IMG/VR virus record: IMGVR_UViG_3300045978_000284
Span: 1 to 64,000 of that record
Source: a virus
Length of the DNA stretch: 64,000 bases
Direction: 5' to 3' (one strand)
In this document: piece after piece, positions 19,468 through 30,200 of the stretch
How positions within the stretch are numbered: position 1 is the first letter of the stretch
How the letters are laid out: each line of letters opens with the position of its first letter
Made by a program: the position numbers and the translations under genes
The notes under the pieces: model-generated
Told to the model about the DNA's origin: nothing
Databases searched by the model: none
What the model saw: only the letters and a program-made list of their open reading frames with translations

Positions 19468-21934
19468 CGCCTTCTTTCGTGGGCACCGAACGGCGGTCTG
19501 GATCGCCAACCGCTCGGGGGCCAAGACGCGGATGTTCTCGATCCTGCACCACCTCAACAGCGTCTTTCATCGCTCGCACCGGACGGTGCACGGGGCGACG
19601 ATCGAGCGCCAGGCCGATCTCTGCAAGGAGTACCTGGACGAGTACCTCGACGAGGGCACGCCGCTCTTCGACGTCATGGGGCGCAAGCGGCTCACGGGGC
19701 GCACGCGCCGCTACAAGACGCGCTCGACCATCCGCTTCCTGCCCGGCACGCTCAAGAGTTTCTCGGGACCGAAGGGGCAGACGGTGGTGATCGACGAGGC
19801 GGACGCGATGGAGTGGCGGAACATCCAGCAGGCGCTGGGCATGCTGCACTCCGAGCCGGACATGGAGTCGATGCTGATCTTCGGGTCGACTCGGGAGCGG
19901 CCCTACGGGGCGATGCAGCGCCTGGTCGACAAGTCGCTGCGCCCGGCGGGCGGCGAGGACATCGTGGTCCACCCGTGGATCTGGTGCATTTTCGAGGTGA
20001 TGCAGCCCTGCCGGACGCGCTCGAAGGCGTGTCCGCTCTGGGAGCGCTGCGAGCACGGGGCCCTCTGCCAGAACGAGCTGGGGTTCGTCCCGGTCTCGGA
20101 CGTGATCCAGAAGGCCGCCCTGGCAGACGACGAGATCTGGGACACGCAGTACCGGTGTTGTCCATGGGAACAGCGGGTGACGACAAATGAGGGCGACATC
20201 GAGATCGGTCGCATCGTCGACGCTCGCCTGCCGGTGAAGGTCAAGTCGCTGGACCTCATGACTGGCAGGGCGGTTTGGAAGCCGGTCACGGGATGGTTCT
20301 ATAACGGGCCGCACGAGGGCGAGTGGTTGCGGGTTCACACGTCTCCCCGGACGACGCACCCTCGCTCGCGCCAGACCGTGACAACTCCTGACCATCTCTG
20401 GATCCTCGCGGACGGCTCGAAGTGCCGGGCCGACGAACTGCGCGAGGGTGATCAGGTTTTGCTCGAATCCCCCGTCCTGACGCCCCGGCAGGAGCAGATT
20501 GTCCGTGGAATGCTCCTGGGCGACGGCCATATCCGGGGAGGTCGCCAGCCGAACGCGCTGTCCTTTGCTCAGCATGTCGATTCTCCCCTCACGGACTGGC
20601 TCAAGGAGGCTCTGGCGCCGCTCCTGTTCTCGCAGGATCGCCGATACAAGAACACGAGGTTCATCGAAACGGCGACGTGGCCGGTCTTTGCTCGCTGGCG
20701 TCAGGTGTTCTACCGTCACCCGCTTCGCGGACACAAGTGCACGCCGTTAAAGGAAGTTGCTCAGGCGGACGAGTTGGCGCTGGCAATCTGGTACCTCAGC
20801 GACGGCGATACCGCCCAGCGTCCCGGCGATCTATTTCTCTCACTCGGTGTGCGAGCGACGCTCGACGAGGCCGCTGTGATCGCCGAATGCCTCCGCCAGC
20901 GCTGGGGCCTTGATGCTGTCGCGCGTCGCGTCAGAGCCCGAGAAAGCGGAATTGCCTTGCGCCGTGCCTCCTGGGAGATCCTCACATCGCTCGTGGCGCC
21001 TTACCTCGAACTGGGGCTCGGTCGCAAGCTGTGGGTGGCCAAGCCCGAGCTGGGGGAGGGATATGAAGGGGCGGTGACGGTACGAGTCGCCAAGATCGAG
21101 CGATTTGTCCCGCCGCGGGCGGACCGCCGCCGCCGTCGCGACGTGGGACGCTACGACATCGAAGTAGCGGACACGCACACCTTCTTCGCCGGCGGAGTCC
21201 TCATCTCGAATTGCAAACGACCCGCGCGCCACGGGCTGGTGTACGACACCTTCGACGAGTCGGTGCACATCAACGACCAGCTCGCCGAGTACCGTCCGCT
21301 CTACCCGGTGGAGATCAGCTGCGACTGGGGCTACGGGGATCCGGCGGCGGTGCTGTTCTTCCAGCGCGATCGGGGGCGTCGCTGGCAGTTCGACGAGATC
21401 TACGGCTCGCGGATGAGCCTGCCGACCCTGTGGGGCAAGGTCCTGGAGGTGCGCCAGCGCTACGGGGGCTTTCCCATCATGCAGGGCTGGGGCGATCCGG
21501 AAGGCGCCCAGGAGAACCTGTTCTTCCGGGCCCAGCTGCGCCAGCTCTGCGGCGGCCGCTTCCTCTCCAGCTATCCCAGCCTCGAACCCCACCAGCGGGC
21601 GGCCGGGCTCGTCAAGGAGCGCATCAAGGCGGTGCGCCTGGAGCTGCGGGACGGCCAGCACCGTCCCTGCTTTCACATCCACTCCCGCTGCCGGTGGACG
21701 ATCGCCGAGTTCAAGACGTACCACCTCGGCGAGCGCGGGGAAGATCTCGAGGGGCGGATGATCTACGACGACACCCCGGTTGACCAGGACAACCACGCCA
21801 TGGACTCGATTGCCCGCTATGTGTGGGCGACCCGCTACCGGGCGGGCGTCATGGCCTCCATCGCCGAGATTCATCCGACCCAGCGCACCCCGGCCAGTGG
21901 CCCGCCGATGCGGCCCATGACGGCGCGGTGGTAG
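19331..21934 (+). CDS. terL: Terminase large subunit with an intein (start uncertain, 19283 or 19331)
   Basis: ANRSGAKT Walker A variant, VVIDEAD Walker B, FGST motif III, SCDWGYGDP and DNHAMDSIARY RNase H-like nuclease motifs. Confidence 0.9.
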   Translation: MRRRLATTMPANSLALWLWCRNVMGFRIPLAPICPDHVSPFAALSDAFFRGHRTAVWIANRSGAKTRMFSILHHLNSVFHRSHRTVHGATIERQADLCKEYLDEYLDEGTPLFDVMGRKRLTGRTRRYKTRSTIRFLPGTLKSFSGPKGQTVVIDEADAMEWRNIQQALGMLHSEPDMESMLIFGSTRERPYGAMQRLVDKSLRPAGGEDIVVHPWIWCIFEVMQPCRTRSKACPLWERCEHGALCQNELGFVPVSDVIQKAALADDEIWDTQYRCCPWEQRVTTNEGDIEIGRIVDARLPVKVKSLDLMTGRAVWKPVTGWFYNGPHEGEWLRVHTSPRTTHPRSRQTVTTPDHLWILADGSKCRADELREGDQVLLESPVLTPRQEQIVRGMLLGDGHIRGGRQPNALSFAQHVDSPLTDWLKEALAPLLFSQDRRYKNTRFIETATWPVFARWRQVFYRHPLRGHKCTPLKEVAQADELALAIWYLSDGDTAQRPGDLFLSLGVRATLDEAAVIAECLRQRWGLDAVARRVRARESGIALRRASWEILTSLVAPYLELGLGRKLWVAKPELGEGYEGAVTVRVAKIERFVPPRADRRRRRDVGRYDIEVADTHTFFAGGVLISNCKRPARHGLVYDTFDESVHINDQLAEYRPLYPVEISCDWGYGDPAAVLFFQRDRGRRWQFDEIYGSRMSLPTLWGKVLEVRQRYGGFPIMQGWGDPEGAQENLFFRAQLRQLCGGRFLSSYPSLEPHQRAAGLVKERIKAVRLELRDGQHRPCFHIHSRCRWTIAEFKTYHLGERGEDLEGRMIYDDTPVDQDNHAMDSIARYVWATRYRAGVMASIAEIHPTQRTPASGPPMRPMTARW
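20156..21211 (+). mobile_element. Intein (352 aa) with a two-motif LAGLIDADG endonuclease in TerL
   Basis: CCPWEQRVTT N-terminus, TTPDHLW block B, RGMLLGDG and AIWYLSDG, YDIEVADTHTFFAGGVLISN followed by Cys+1. Confidence 0.92.
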
Positions 21935-21943
21935 AGGAGTCTC

Positions 21944-22276
21944 ATGCAGGAGAACGGACAGCCGAACCAGGAGATCACCCCGGAACAGCGGCGCGCGGAC
22001 TGGTTCAGGGCGATGACCGAGGCGATCCCGGGGCCCCGCGGGATGCCGGTCCTTGCGGCGATGGTGCTGCGGCTCGACGTCGACCAGTTCCTGCAGATCG
22101 ACGGGGTGGCGGATCTCAACCTCGGGATCATGGTGCTCCGCCGGGCGCTCCAGATGCTGGAGGACCAGCGCTACCTGAACCTGGTCAACGCCGCGGTGGA
22201 CACGTCAGTCGCCCGGGCCTCCCTGATCGTCCGCCCCGAGATACCGGGACGATGGCCACCCCACCCGGGCCGCTGA
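21944..22276 (+). CDS. Hypothetical protein
   Basis: GAGGAG RBS; open frame. Confidence 0.6.
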   Translation: MQENGQPNQEITPEQRRADWFRAMTEAIPGPRGMPVLAAMVLRLDVDQFLQIDGVADLNLGIMVLRRALQMLEDQRYLNLVNAAVDTSVARASLIVRPEIPGRWPPHPGR

Positions 22277-22815
22277 AGGTCGTACCGACCGACCTGGAGC
22301 GCCTCGCCAAGCGCCCGGAGGCCGCGATCGTGCGGGCGATCCTGGGCTACCTGCGCCTGCGGGGCGACACGTTCCCGCTCAGGATGAACACGGGGGCCCG
22401 GACGGACGTCGGCAAGGACGGCACATTCCGGTTCACCCGGTTCAATGAACCAGGGACGCCCGACATCATCGCGGTGATGGCGCCCTGGGGGCGCATGCTC
22501 GCCATCGAGGTCAAGACGCCGACCGGCACCACGAACCCGCGGCGGCTGGCGCTCCAGGAGGGCTTCCTGCGGGCCATCCGGGAGCGGAACGGGATCGCGT
22601 TCTTCGCTTCCAGCGTGGACGAGGTGCGCGCGCAGCTGCCGGACCCTCTGGTGCTCCCGGGGCTCGGGCGGAAGCTGGAGGCGCTCGCCCGGGCGCTGCT
22701 GTCGGTCGACTCGAAGGACCCGGCGCTCCTGGATCTCCTCCGCCGCACGTCGGGCAGCATCGTGCAGCTCACTCGTCACCTGTGGAGCGATGGCGCCCCA
22801 GCGGAGGTCCCATGA
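22252..22815 (+). CDS. VRR-NUC / PD-(D/E)XK nuclease (resolvase-like)
   Basis: E..IV..I..YL, GTPDII, AIEVKTPTG, Q..FL. Confidence 0.85.
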   Translation: MATPPGPLKVVPTDLERLAKRPEAAIVRAILGYLRLRGDTFPLRMNTGARTDVGKDGTFRFTRFNEPGTPDIIAVMAPWGRMLAIEVKTPTGTTNPRRLALQEGFLRAIRERNGIAFFASSVDEVRAQLPDPLVLPGLGRKLEALARALLSVDSKDPALLDLLRRTSGSIVQLTRHLWSDGAPAEVP

Positions 22816-23805
22816 ACGTGTTCGAGATGTCCAAGCAGGAGCGCCTCCGGCGCCTGGGCCTGGTGGTCTCCCGCCCGGAGATGCCGAACCTCGGTCCCAG
22901 TGAGGATCTCGTCGTCCTGCAGTCCCGGGTCGAGATGCTCGAAGCCACGATCCGGGTCCAGCGCGAGGACCTGGCCTTCCTGTCCCAGATGGTGCGGACG
23001 CTGATCTGAGGCGGCCATGAGCAACCACGGCGCGTATTGCGCGTGTCTGTCCTGTCGATCGGGGAGAGCGCAGCGGGTATCGACGTCGACGAACGGACCC
23101 GTCGCCTTGGCTGGAAAGCCGTCCCCGCAGGAGGTGGCCAAGACACCTCGACCTGAACAACTGGATCTCTCACGGCTCCCGGATTTCGCGACGGCCAAGC
23201 TGCCGGCGGTCTACCAGCAGGCCACGGCGTCCCTGGAGAAGTGCGTCCGGATCGACGAGTGTGCCGACTGGGCGAACAAGGCTCAAGCGTTAGCGAGTTA
23301 CGCGAGGCAGGCCAAGGACGACGAGCTGCGCAAGGCCGCCGACCAGATCCAGGCCAGGGCAGTCCGGCGATGCGGGGAGCTGCTGAAGGAGATCGAGAGC
23401 GCCAGTGGGGCCCGGACAGATCTGAATCAACCTCGGTCCGGCGCCGGACCGAGGTTAAAGCCACAGAAACAAAGGAAAGCTGTTGGCACGAAGTTTGGCA
23501 GGGCGCAGGCCGCCCGAGCCGCTGGCATGTCGCCCCGCCAGCAGAAGACCGCTCTCCAGGTGGCCAGCATTCCCAAGGCCGAGTTCGAGGCGGCCGTGGA
23601 GTCCGAGAACCCGCCAACGGTGACCGAGCTGGCCAGGCGAGGCACCAAGCCCAGCGACACACCCGCGGCTACCCCACGCTGGGTTGCCCGGGAAGCGGCC
23701 GGACGGCTCCGGAAGGCGGTTGATCTGGAGATGACGCGCTGGGGGTGCAGGGACCGATCGGCACTCGCCGCTGTGCTTGAGTCGCTTATCAAGAGCATTG
23801 AGTGA
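22812..23805 (+). CDS. Two hypothetical proteins (coiled coil 22812-23009; helical/HTH-like 23017-23805)
   Basis: Coupled ORFs with RBS; ECADWANKAQALASYARQAKD pattern. Confidence 0.55.
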
Positions 23806-23826
23806 AGGTCTAGCAAGGAGAGCGCC

Positions 23827-24318
23827 ATGAAGGACAAGAAGCCGAAGCCGGCCTGGATCATCCTGGAGAGCGCCGCCGAGATCGGTGCGGCGCTGATCAA
23901 GGACCGCCTGAATCCGTTCAACCACCTGGAGCGGGCCCGCATCCTGTACCTGGGCAAGCCGAGCAAGGAGTACATCGGCGGCGACGTCCAGGAGGGCGCC
24001 AACCGGCCGTCGACCGAGGCTGAGGGGCTCGTGGCGCTGGCCTGCAGCCACCAGCCGTTCTCGTATGTCCTGGAGATCCCGCTGGGGCTGTGGGATGCGC
24101 TGGCCCAGAAGGACCGCGAGGCCTTCATCTTCCACAAGCTCTGCCACCTGGACGGGCTCGACATCGAGAATGGTGTCTGGGGGGTCAGGAAGGGCCACGA
24201 CGTCAACGAGTTCACCGCGGTGCTCGCCAAGTACGGCCCCTGGCTCGCGCCGATCCGGGAGTTCCTGCGGACCGGCCGCCAGCTCGAGCTGGACTTCGAT
24301 GATGCCGGCCCCCGTTGA
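23827..24318 (+). CDS. Putative phage metallopeptidase-family protein (HExxH replaced by HKLCH)
   Basis: REAFIFHKLCHL...GHDVNEFTAVLAKYG matches the HELCH...HDVEEF family pattern. Confidence 0.7.
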   Translation: MKDKKPKPAWIILESAAEIGAALIKDRLNPFNHLERARILYLGKPSKEYIGGDVQEGANRPSTEAEGLVALACSHQPFSYVLEIPLGLWDALAQKDREAFIFHKLCHLDGLDIENGVWGVRKGHDVNEFTAVLAKYGPWLAPIREFLRTGRQLELDFDDAGPR

Positions 24319-25397
24319 CCTTGAGCACCTACGGCTCTTCCGGGCCCTCTGCGATCGCGTGCATGTCGGGGAGACCTTCACGGTCCAGGAGCTGGGCCCG
24401 CCTCCCGATGCGACCAGCTGGCTCGGGGCCATCCTCGAAGCGGTGGGCAAGGGGATGCTCATGACGCTCGGCCGGGAGCGGGCGCAGCCGCGCCCGGGCG
24501 ACCCTCCCTCCCGGGAGAGAAGGCTCACGGTGACGCGATGGAAACGACTCAAGTAACCCCGCCGTCGATCCTCGCCCTCGAACTCTGCGCGCGCCGGCAT
24601 GCGCGCAAGCTGCCGGTGATCCTGGAGCTCGGGTGGGAGCTGCGCGGGCTCGACCGCTACCTGGTGATGCGCTGCGACAGCGGGATCATCGAGGAGAGCT
24701 GGGATGCCTCGACCGGGCTCCTGATGCGGGTCAACGAGGACGTCCTCCGGCAGAACGTCCGGGGCCCCGAAGAAGGGTATCTGCCGGCGATCGGCGCGAA
24801 GGCGGTGGTGACCCCGATCCTGCGCCCGTTCTATCGCCGCGGGTGGCTGATGGACCTCTGGCGCAGGAGACCGCCGGCTGTCCCGCCGACAGCAACCCTC
24901 CATGCCGGGATGCTCTGGCGCGACGTGCCCGGGGCCGATCCATCATCGGTCTGGCACCTCCAGCTCCGGGCCTACTGCCGGTGGCATCCCGAGATGCCGC
25001 TCTGGTTCTACCCCTGGCCGGCGGGACCGCTCGACACCTCCGACGTCACGCCCATCACGCGGCTCGGGCCCGGGATCGGGGCGGCGGTGTGCCGGGTGTG
25101 CGATCGCTACTACTTCGGGGCGGCCGCGGGCCTGCTCGACCGACCGGGGCGCCCATGAACGCCGAAGACTACACGGGCTATCTCGTCAGGGCCTGGACAC
25201 TCACGCGTGAGCTGGAAGATCTCCCCCTCGCCGCGATGATCTACCTGGCCGACAAGGCGGACACGGTCGGTCCCTTCGTCGATCCGACGCTCTACCAGGA
25301 GAAGGGCCGAAGCCTCGGCGAGGATCTCAGAATGCTGCGCGCGCTTCGGAATGCCCAGGTGGCCCTCGCCGAGCTGAAGGCGACGGTGAGAGCATGA
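24302..25397 (+). CDS. Three hypothetical proteins (24302-24556, 24538-25158, 25155-25397)
   Basis: Coupled or overlapping ORFs with GC3 bias. Confidence 0.5.
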
Positions 25398-26005
25398 AGC
25401 GCTCGCCCCTGAAACGATCGGCCCTCCCGATGAAACGATCGGCCCATCCCCTGAAACGCCGGGTGCCCATGGCCGAGGCGTCGAAGCAGCGGATAGCAGC
25501 CGGCGGGCCCCTGGCGCTGGGCCGGCCGTCGCTCTCGAAGAGCGGCTACGCCACGCTCAAGCGCATGATCCGGGCGCGCGCGGGAGGCTTGTGCGAATTC
25601 TGCGGGTCGCCCGGAGTGGACCTCGACCACGTCGTGTTCCGATCCCAGGGCGGGGCGGACAGCTGGGAGAACTGCTATCTGTCGTGCCGGCATCACAACC
25701 TGCGCCGGCACTTCGGCTTCCACGAGGGCCGTCTCGTCGTGCGCGCCATGGGCGACGGCACGTTCCAGGGCATGGTCGCCTGGAACAAGCTGCGGGACGG
25801 GTTGACGTGGGTCCATCCCGACGCCGAGGTGCGCGACCGCGGCATCTTCCAGTACTGGCAGGGCGGCGCCAAGGTCTTCGGGCGTCCGCCAACGCCCACT
25901 GAGCGCGCGAAGCTGGACCGACTGGACAAGCGCGAAGCGTTGGCGGTCGACAAGAAGGCTGCGGCGCCCGGGCGCCGATCCCTATACGGAGGAGACGATG
26001 GCTGA
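25394..26005 (+). CDS. HNH endonuclease
   Basis: CEFCG..DLDHVVFRSQGGADSWENCYLSCRHHN. Confidence 0.9.
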   Translation: MKRSPLKRSALPMKRSAHPLKRRVPMAEASKQRIAAGGPLALGRPSLSKSGYATLKRMIRARAGGLCEFCGSPGVDLDHVVFRSQGGADSWENCYLSCRHHNLRRHFGFHEGRLVVRAMGDGTFQGMVAWNKLRDGLTWVHPDAEVRDRGIFQYWQGGAKVFGRPPTPTERAKLDRLDKREALAVDKKAAAPGRRSLYGGDDG

Positions 26006-27050
26006 GGAAGAGGAGGGACGTCGGATCGCTGCGCTGACCGTGGACTCGCGCCTGCTCGTAGCGGCCCTGGGCTTCCCGGAGGGCACCCAGATCATCGGGG
26101 CAGAGTGGGACTGGGCTGCTCGTCAGACGCGCCTCTACATCGAATCGCCGAAGCTCGCGCCGGTCCGGGATGGCGATCGGGCACCCGACATCGTGGCGGC
26201 GGTCCACGTCGAGACGGACGAGAACGGCCGTGAGCGCTACACGGTCCTGCTGCCCGAAGGTTCCTCCGCCGCCAAGCTCCTGCTCGGCACGCCCGGATGA
26301 CAGCCGCCGAGCGCTTCGCAGCGGCGCTGACGAGCGCCGGCCTCCCCCTGCGAGCCCCGCCGGCGGGCGATGAGATCCCGGGCGACCACATCGTCGACCC
26401 GTTGAACCTGGATCCGACCCAGCTGCCGCCAGAGACCCGCATCCTGCCCCTGGCGCGCGCCGCCGGCTGGGACGCAGGCAGCGTGCTCAAGCTCACCCAG
26501 GCCCTGATCGAGCAGGACAGCATCGGGCACGAGGACGTCTGGGAGCTCTACGAGGCGGACACGATCGGCGAGATCCTCCAGCTGATCGAGCGACGGTACC
26601 CGGCCCCGGCGGGTGCGATCCCGGACGAGGAGGACGGCTTTCACGACGAGAAGCGGGAGAGGGCCGATGGCCAAGCGGATTGATCCTTTGCCGTCGTTCC
26701 CGGAGCGGACGATGACGATCGCGGGCGGCAGCGTGCTGACGGACCAGGAGATCTCGGACCTCATCGCCACGGCGGACGAGCGCAAGCGCCGCGGGGAAAC
26801 GTGGATCCAGGTGGACACCACCGAGGAGGGCTGGCGCCTGATCGTGCCGAACACGATGAAGCTCACGCGCCAGGAAGCGGTCATGATCCTGTCCCGCGCC
26901 AACGAGGCCAAGGAGCACGCGCACTCGACCTTCGAGCTGGCCTTCCAGGATGGCCACATCGTCGCCAACCGGCTGGCGTTCTCGAACCGCGGGATGAACG
27001 GGGCCCCGTCGCTCATTCTGGGCGGCACGCGGCGCCCCCAGCAGTTTTGA
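25998..27050 (+). CDS. Three hypothetical proteins (25998-26300, 26297-26683, 26667-27050)
   Basis: Overlapping ORFs with RBS. Confidence 0.55.
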
Positions 27051-27173
27051 TCGCGGCGCGGGGGATGGGGTAGGATCAGCGGCAGCGGCGCGGGCCGCGG
27101 ATATGCCGGCTGGCGGGCCGGTGAGAGCAGCCGACGCGGCCTGCCCGCACCACAGAGCTGACGCGCAGAGCGA

Positions 27174-27204
27174 GGCTCGGGACCCGAGGTCCCGGGCCAT
27201 TTTC
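27174..27204 (+). terminator. Intrinsic terminator-like hairpin just upstream of the portal gene
   Basis: GGCTCGGGACC-CGA-GGTCCCGGGCC followed by ATTTTC. Confidence 0.55.
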
Positions 27205-27221
27205 ATGTCTGGGGGCCACGC

Positions 27222-30200
27222 ATGATCGGGGACTGGATCAAGCGCATCACGGGCCGGCACGAGCCGACCGGACGGCCGGTGATCCAGATCGTTCCGAGCG
27301 GTCAGCCGCCCACTCCGCTCCCGGGCGCCGCGACGGGCTACATCCCTCGGACCGCGGTCCCGTCGGAAGGTGGTCCACTCGCGGTCGAGAAGGAGCAGGT
27401 TCGTCTCTTCGCCGAGCGTCGCGAAGAGCTGAAGCGGTTCGGGCGCTACGAGCTCGGGGTGACGGGCACGCCGGTCTATGGCGGTCAGATCCTGACCGAG
27501 CCGAACCCGGACATGGCGTTCCCGAAGAGCCTGGCCACGTTCGACAAGATGCGTCGGACCGATGGCCAGGTGCACGCGGCGCTCCTGATCATCATGCTGC
27601 CGATCCTCTCGCTCGACTGGGCCATCGAGCCCTACGCGGAAATCGACGAATCGACCAGCACGCCAAAGGAGGTCACGCCCCTCGATCGCCAGGCGGCGGA
27701 CTTCATCCGGAAGGATCTCCTGGAAGGCTTCCAGCCCTTCAAGCACGTGCTCCGCGAGGTGCTCGGGATGATCTGGGCCGGCTTCTGGATCCTCGAAAAG
27801 ATCTACGAGGTCCGGGAGGACGGCCTGGTGCATCTGCACAAGCTCGGCACGCGCCTGCCCCAGACGATCTTCCGGTGGGGCGTGCGGCGCAACGGCGAGC
27901 TGGAGTTCGCCGTCCAGCGCGGCGTCGATCCCTCGACGGGCGGGACGATCGAGCAGACGCTCCCGGCCGAGGACATTCTGATCTTCGTCAACAACCAGGA
28001 AGGGGCGGACTGGCAGGGCCAGTCGGTGCTGCGCTCGGCCTACAAGCACTTCGAGATGAAGGACTGGCTCTACCGGATCGGCGTGATCAACGTCGAGCGC
28101 GGCGGAGGGTTCCCGGTGCTCTCGCTCCCGGAGGGGATGAACGACCAGGACCTCCAGGCCGCCCGGGACGTGGGCGAATCGATCCACGTGCACGAGCGGG
28201 CCTACGTGCTGGAGCCCCACGGGTGGCGCTTCCGGCTGGAGGGGACGACCTCGCGCATCGGCGACGTCATGGCCCAGGTCGAGCACCACGACCGGATGAT
28301 CTCGGTGAACGTGCTCGCGCAGTTCCTGGCGGCGACCGGCGGCGAGCTGGCGGGCCGCGGGTCGACGGCCGAGTACATGGACATGTTCCTGATGGCCGAG
28401 GAGGTGGTCATCGCGAACATCGAAGAGGTGTTCAACTCCGGCCTCGTCCGCCAGCTGGTGGACTACAACTTCCGGGTCGAGCCCGGGCACTACCCGAAGC
28501 TCAAGGCGCAGAACGTCCGCGGGTTCAACGTGCGGCGCATGGGCATCGTGCTGCGCACCATGGTCGATGGCCGCCTGATCACCCCGGACGAGCCCCTCGA
28601 AGAGTTCCTGCGCGAGGCGATGGGCTTGCCGCGAGCCGATCTCGATACCCGGCGCGACCCGATGGCCCAGATGATGGCCGCCGGTGGCCAGGGAGGGGAC
28701 CTCGGGGGCCTCGGGGCTCTCCTGGGGCTGGGTGGCGGTCCAAAGAAGCCAGGCGGTCCGGGTGGGCCCCCGACGCCGGGTGCCCCCACGCAGTCGAAGC
28801 TGGGCAAGCCAGGGCCGGAGACGGGTGTGCCGACCCAGGCCGCCAAGGCTGATCCCGTGTCGCCGATCCCGGGCGAGAATCCACTGCTGCCCTCCGACAA
28901 CCCGAAATGGCAGCAGAAGGAGGCGCTGCTCGCGGAGCGTGCGGAGGACGACGAGTGCATCTGGCGCACGATCGGCGGCAACCCGGTCTGCATCAAGGCT
29001 GGGCATGGCGGACACCGTGAGGGCCAGCGACCCTATCGCCACTCCTCCGGGCAAACTCCCGTGTCGAGCTTCGCGAGCGACCAGCCAAAGGGCCGCGCAG
29101 GACAGGACGAACGGGAGAACCTGCGCTGGCTGACCAGGCCCAGCGACTATGACATCGGTCGCACGTCGGACCGCTTTACCGTCGAGCACGGTCCGTTGCG
29201 CGTGGATGGCGTCATTGGTGACCGGGGCGGCACGCGGACGGCGGACATCAGGGTGTCAAACATGGAAAAGGTCGCGCCGTTCCCGTCCGGCGCCGAGCTG
29301 CCAGATCAATCCATGCCGCCAGTGGCGGCGAGCACCGTCGATCCTGGGAGCATGAGGGCGCTCCTGCGCGAGGTGCAGGCCGAGCTGGTCAAGCGCGGCG
29401 TCTCCCAGGCGATCTTGCCGCAGCCGGATAAGTCCTGGCGCGTCCCGCGCAAGATCCTTGATCGCCTCGGGGCCACGAAGGTCGACATCCCATTCCGCAC
29501 CCCTTCGCCCAAGGAGAAAGCCATGCGCCGGGACCTGGGAATCCCGGCCCCGACAGACGCCGACCGGGGCTCGCTCGTCAAGACCGAGTCCATGAAGGCC
29601 CTCGCTGAGATCTCCGATGAGGACTTCGCGCTGGGCGAGCTGGGCGAGTTCGTCAGCTCGACGGAGCTGCGCATCCCGGAGTGGGAGACCGAGCTGGCGC
29701 GCTACGCGGCCGCAATCCCCGCCGCGGATCTCGCCCAGGACGGTGTGGTCGGAAAGCACCACGTCACCCTGAAGTACGGGCTGGCCACGTCGAACGCGGA
29801 GGACCTGCGTCGGCTCGCGGCATCCCTGCCGACCATGACGCTGCGCCTGGGGGCCACGATGGTCTTCCCCAAGCCCGAGGCGGACATCCTGGTGATGCGG
29901 GTGTTCGGCGAGGGCCTGGAGGAGGCGCATGAGCAGATCCAGCGGTACACGCCCTGCCAGGAGGACGAGCAGCCGTACCTGCCGCACGTGACCCTGGCGT
30001 ATCTCAAGCCAGGCGCCGGCGTTCGCTACGCAGGAGATCCGGCGCTCGCGGGTCGGGCGGCGATCGCCACGGAGCTGTGGTTCCGCCCCTCGACGACCTC
30101 GAAGCTCCCGGACCAGGCGCTCCCGCTGGGCGTCGAGGACATGCAGCTCGCCGGGATCGAGGAGGCCTGGGCCAAGCCGCTGATGATCTCGCGCCCGCTC

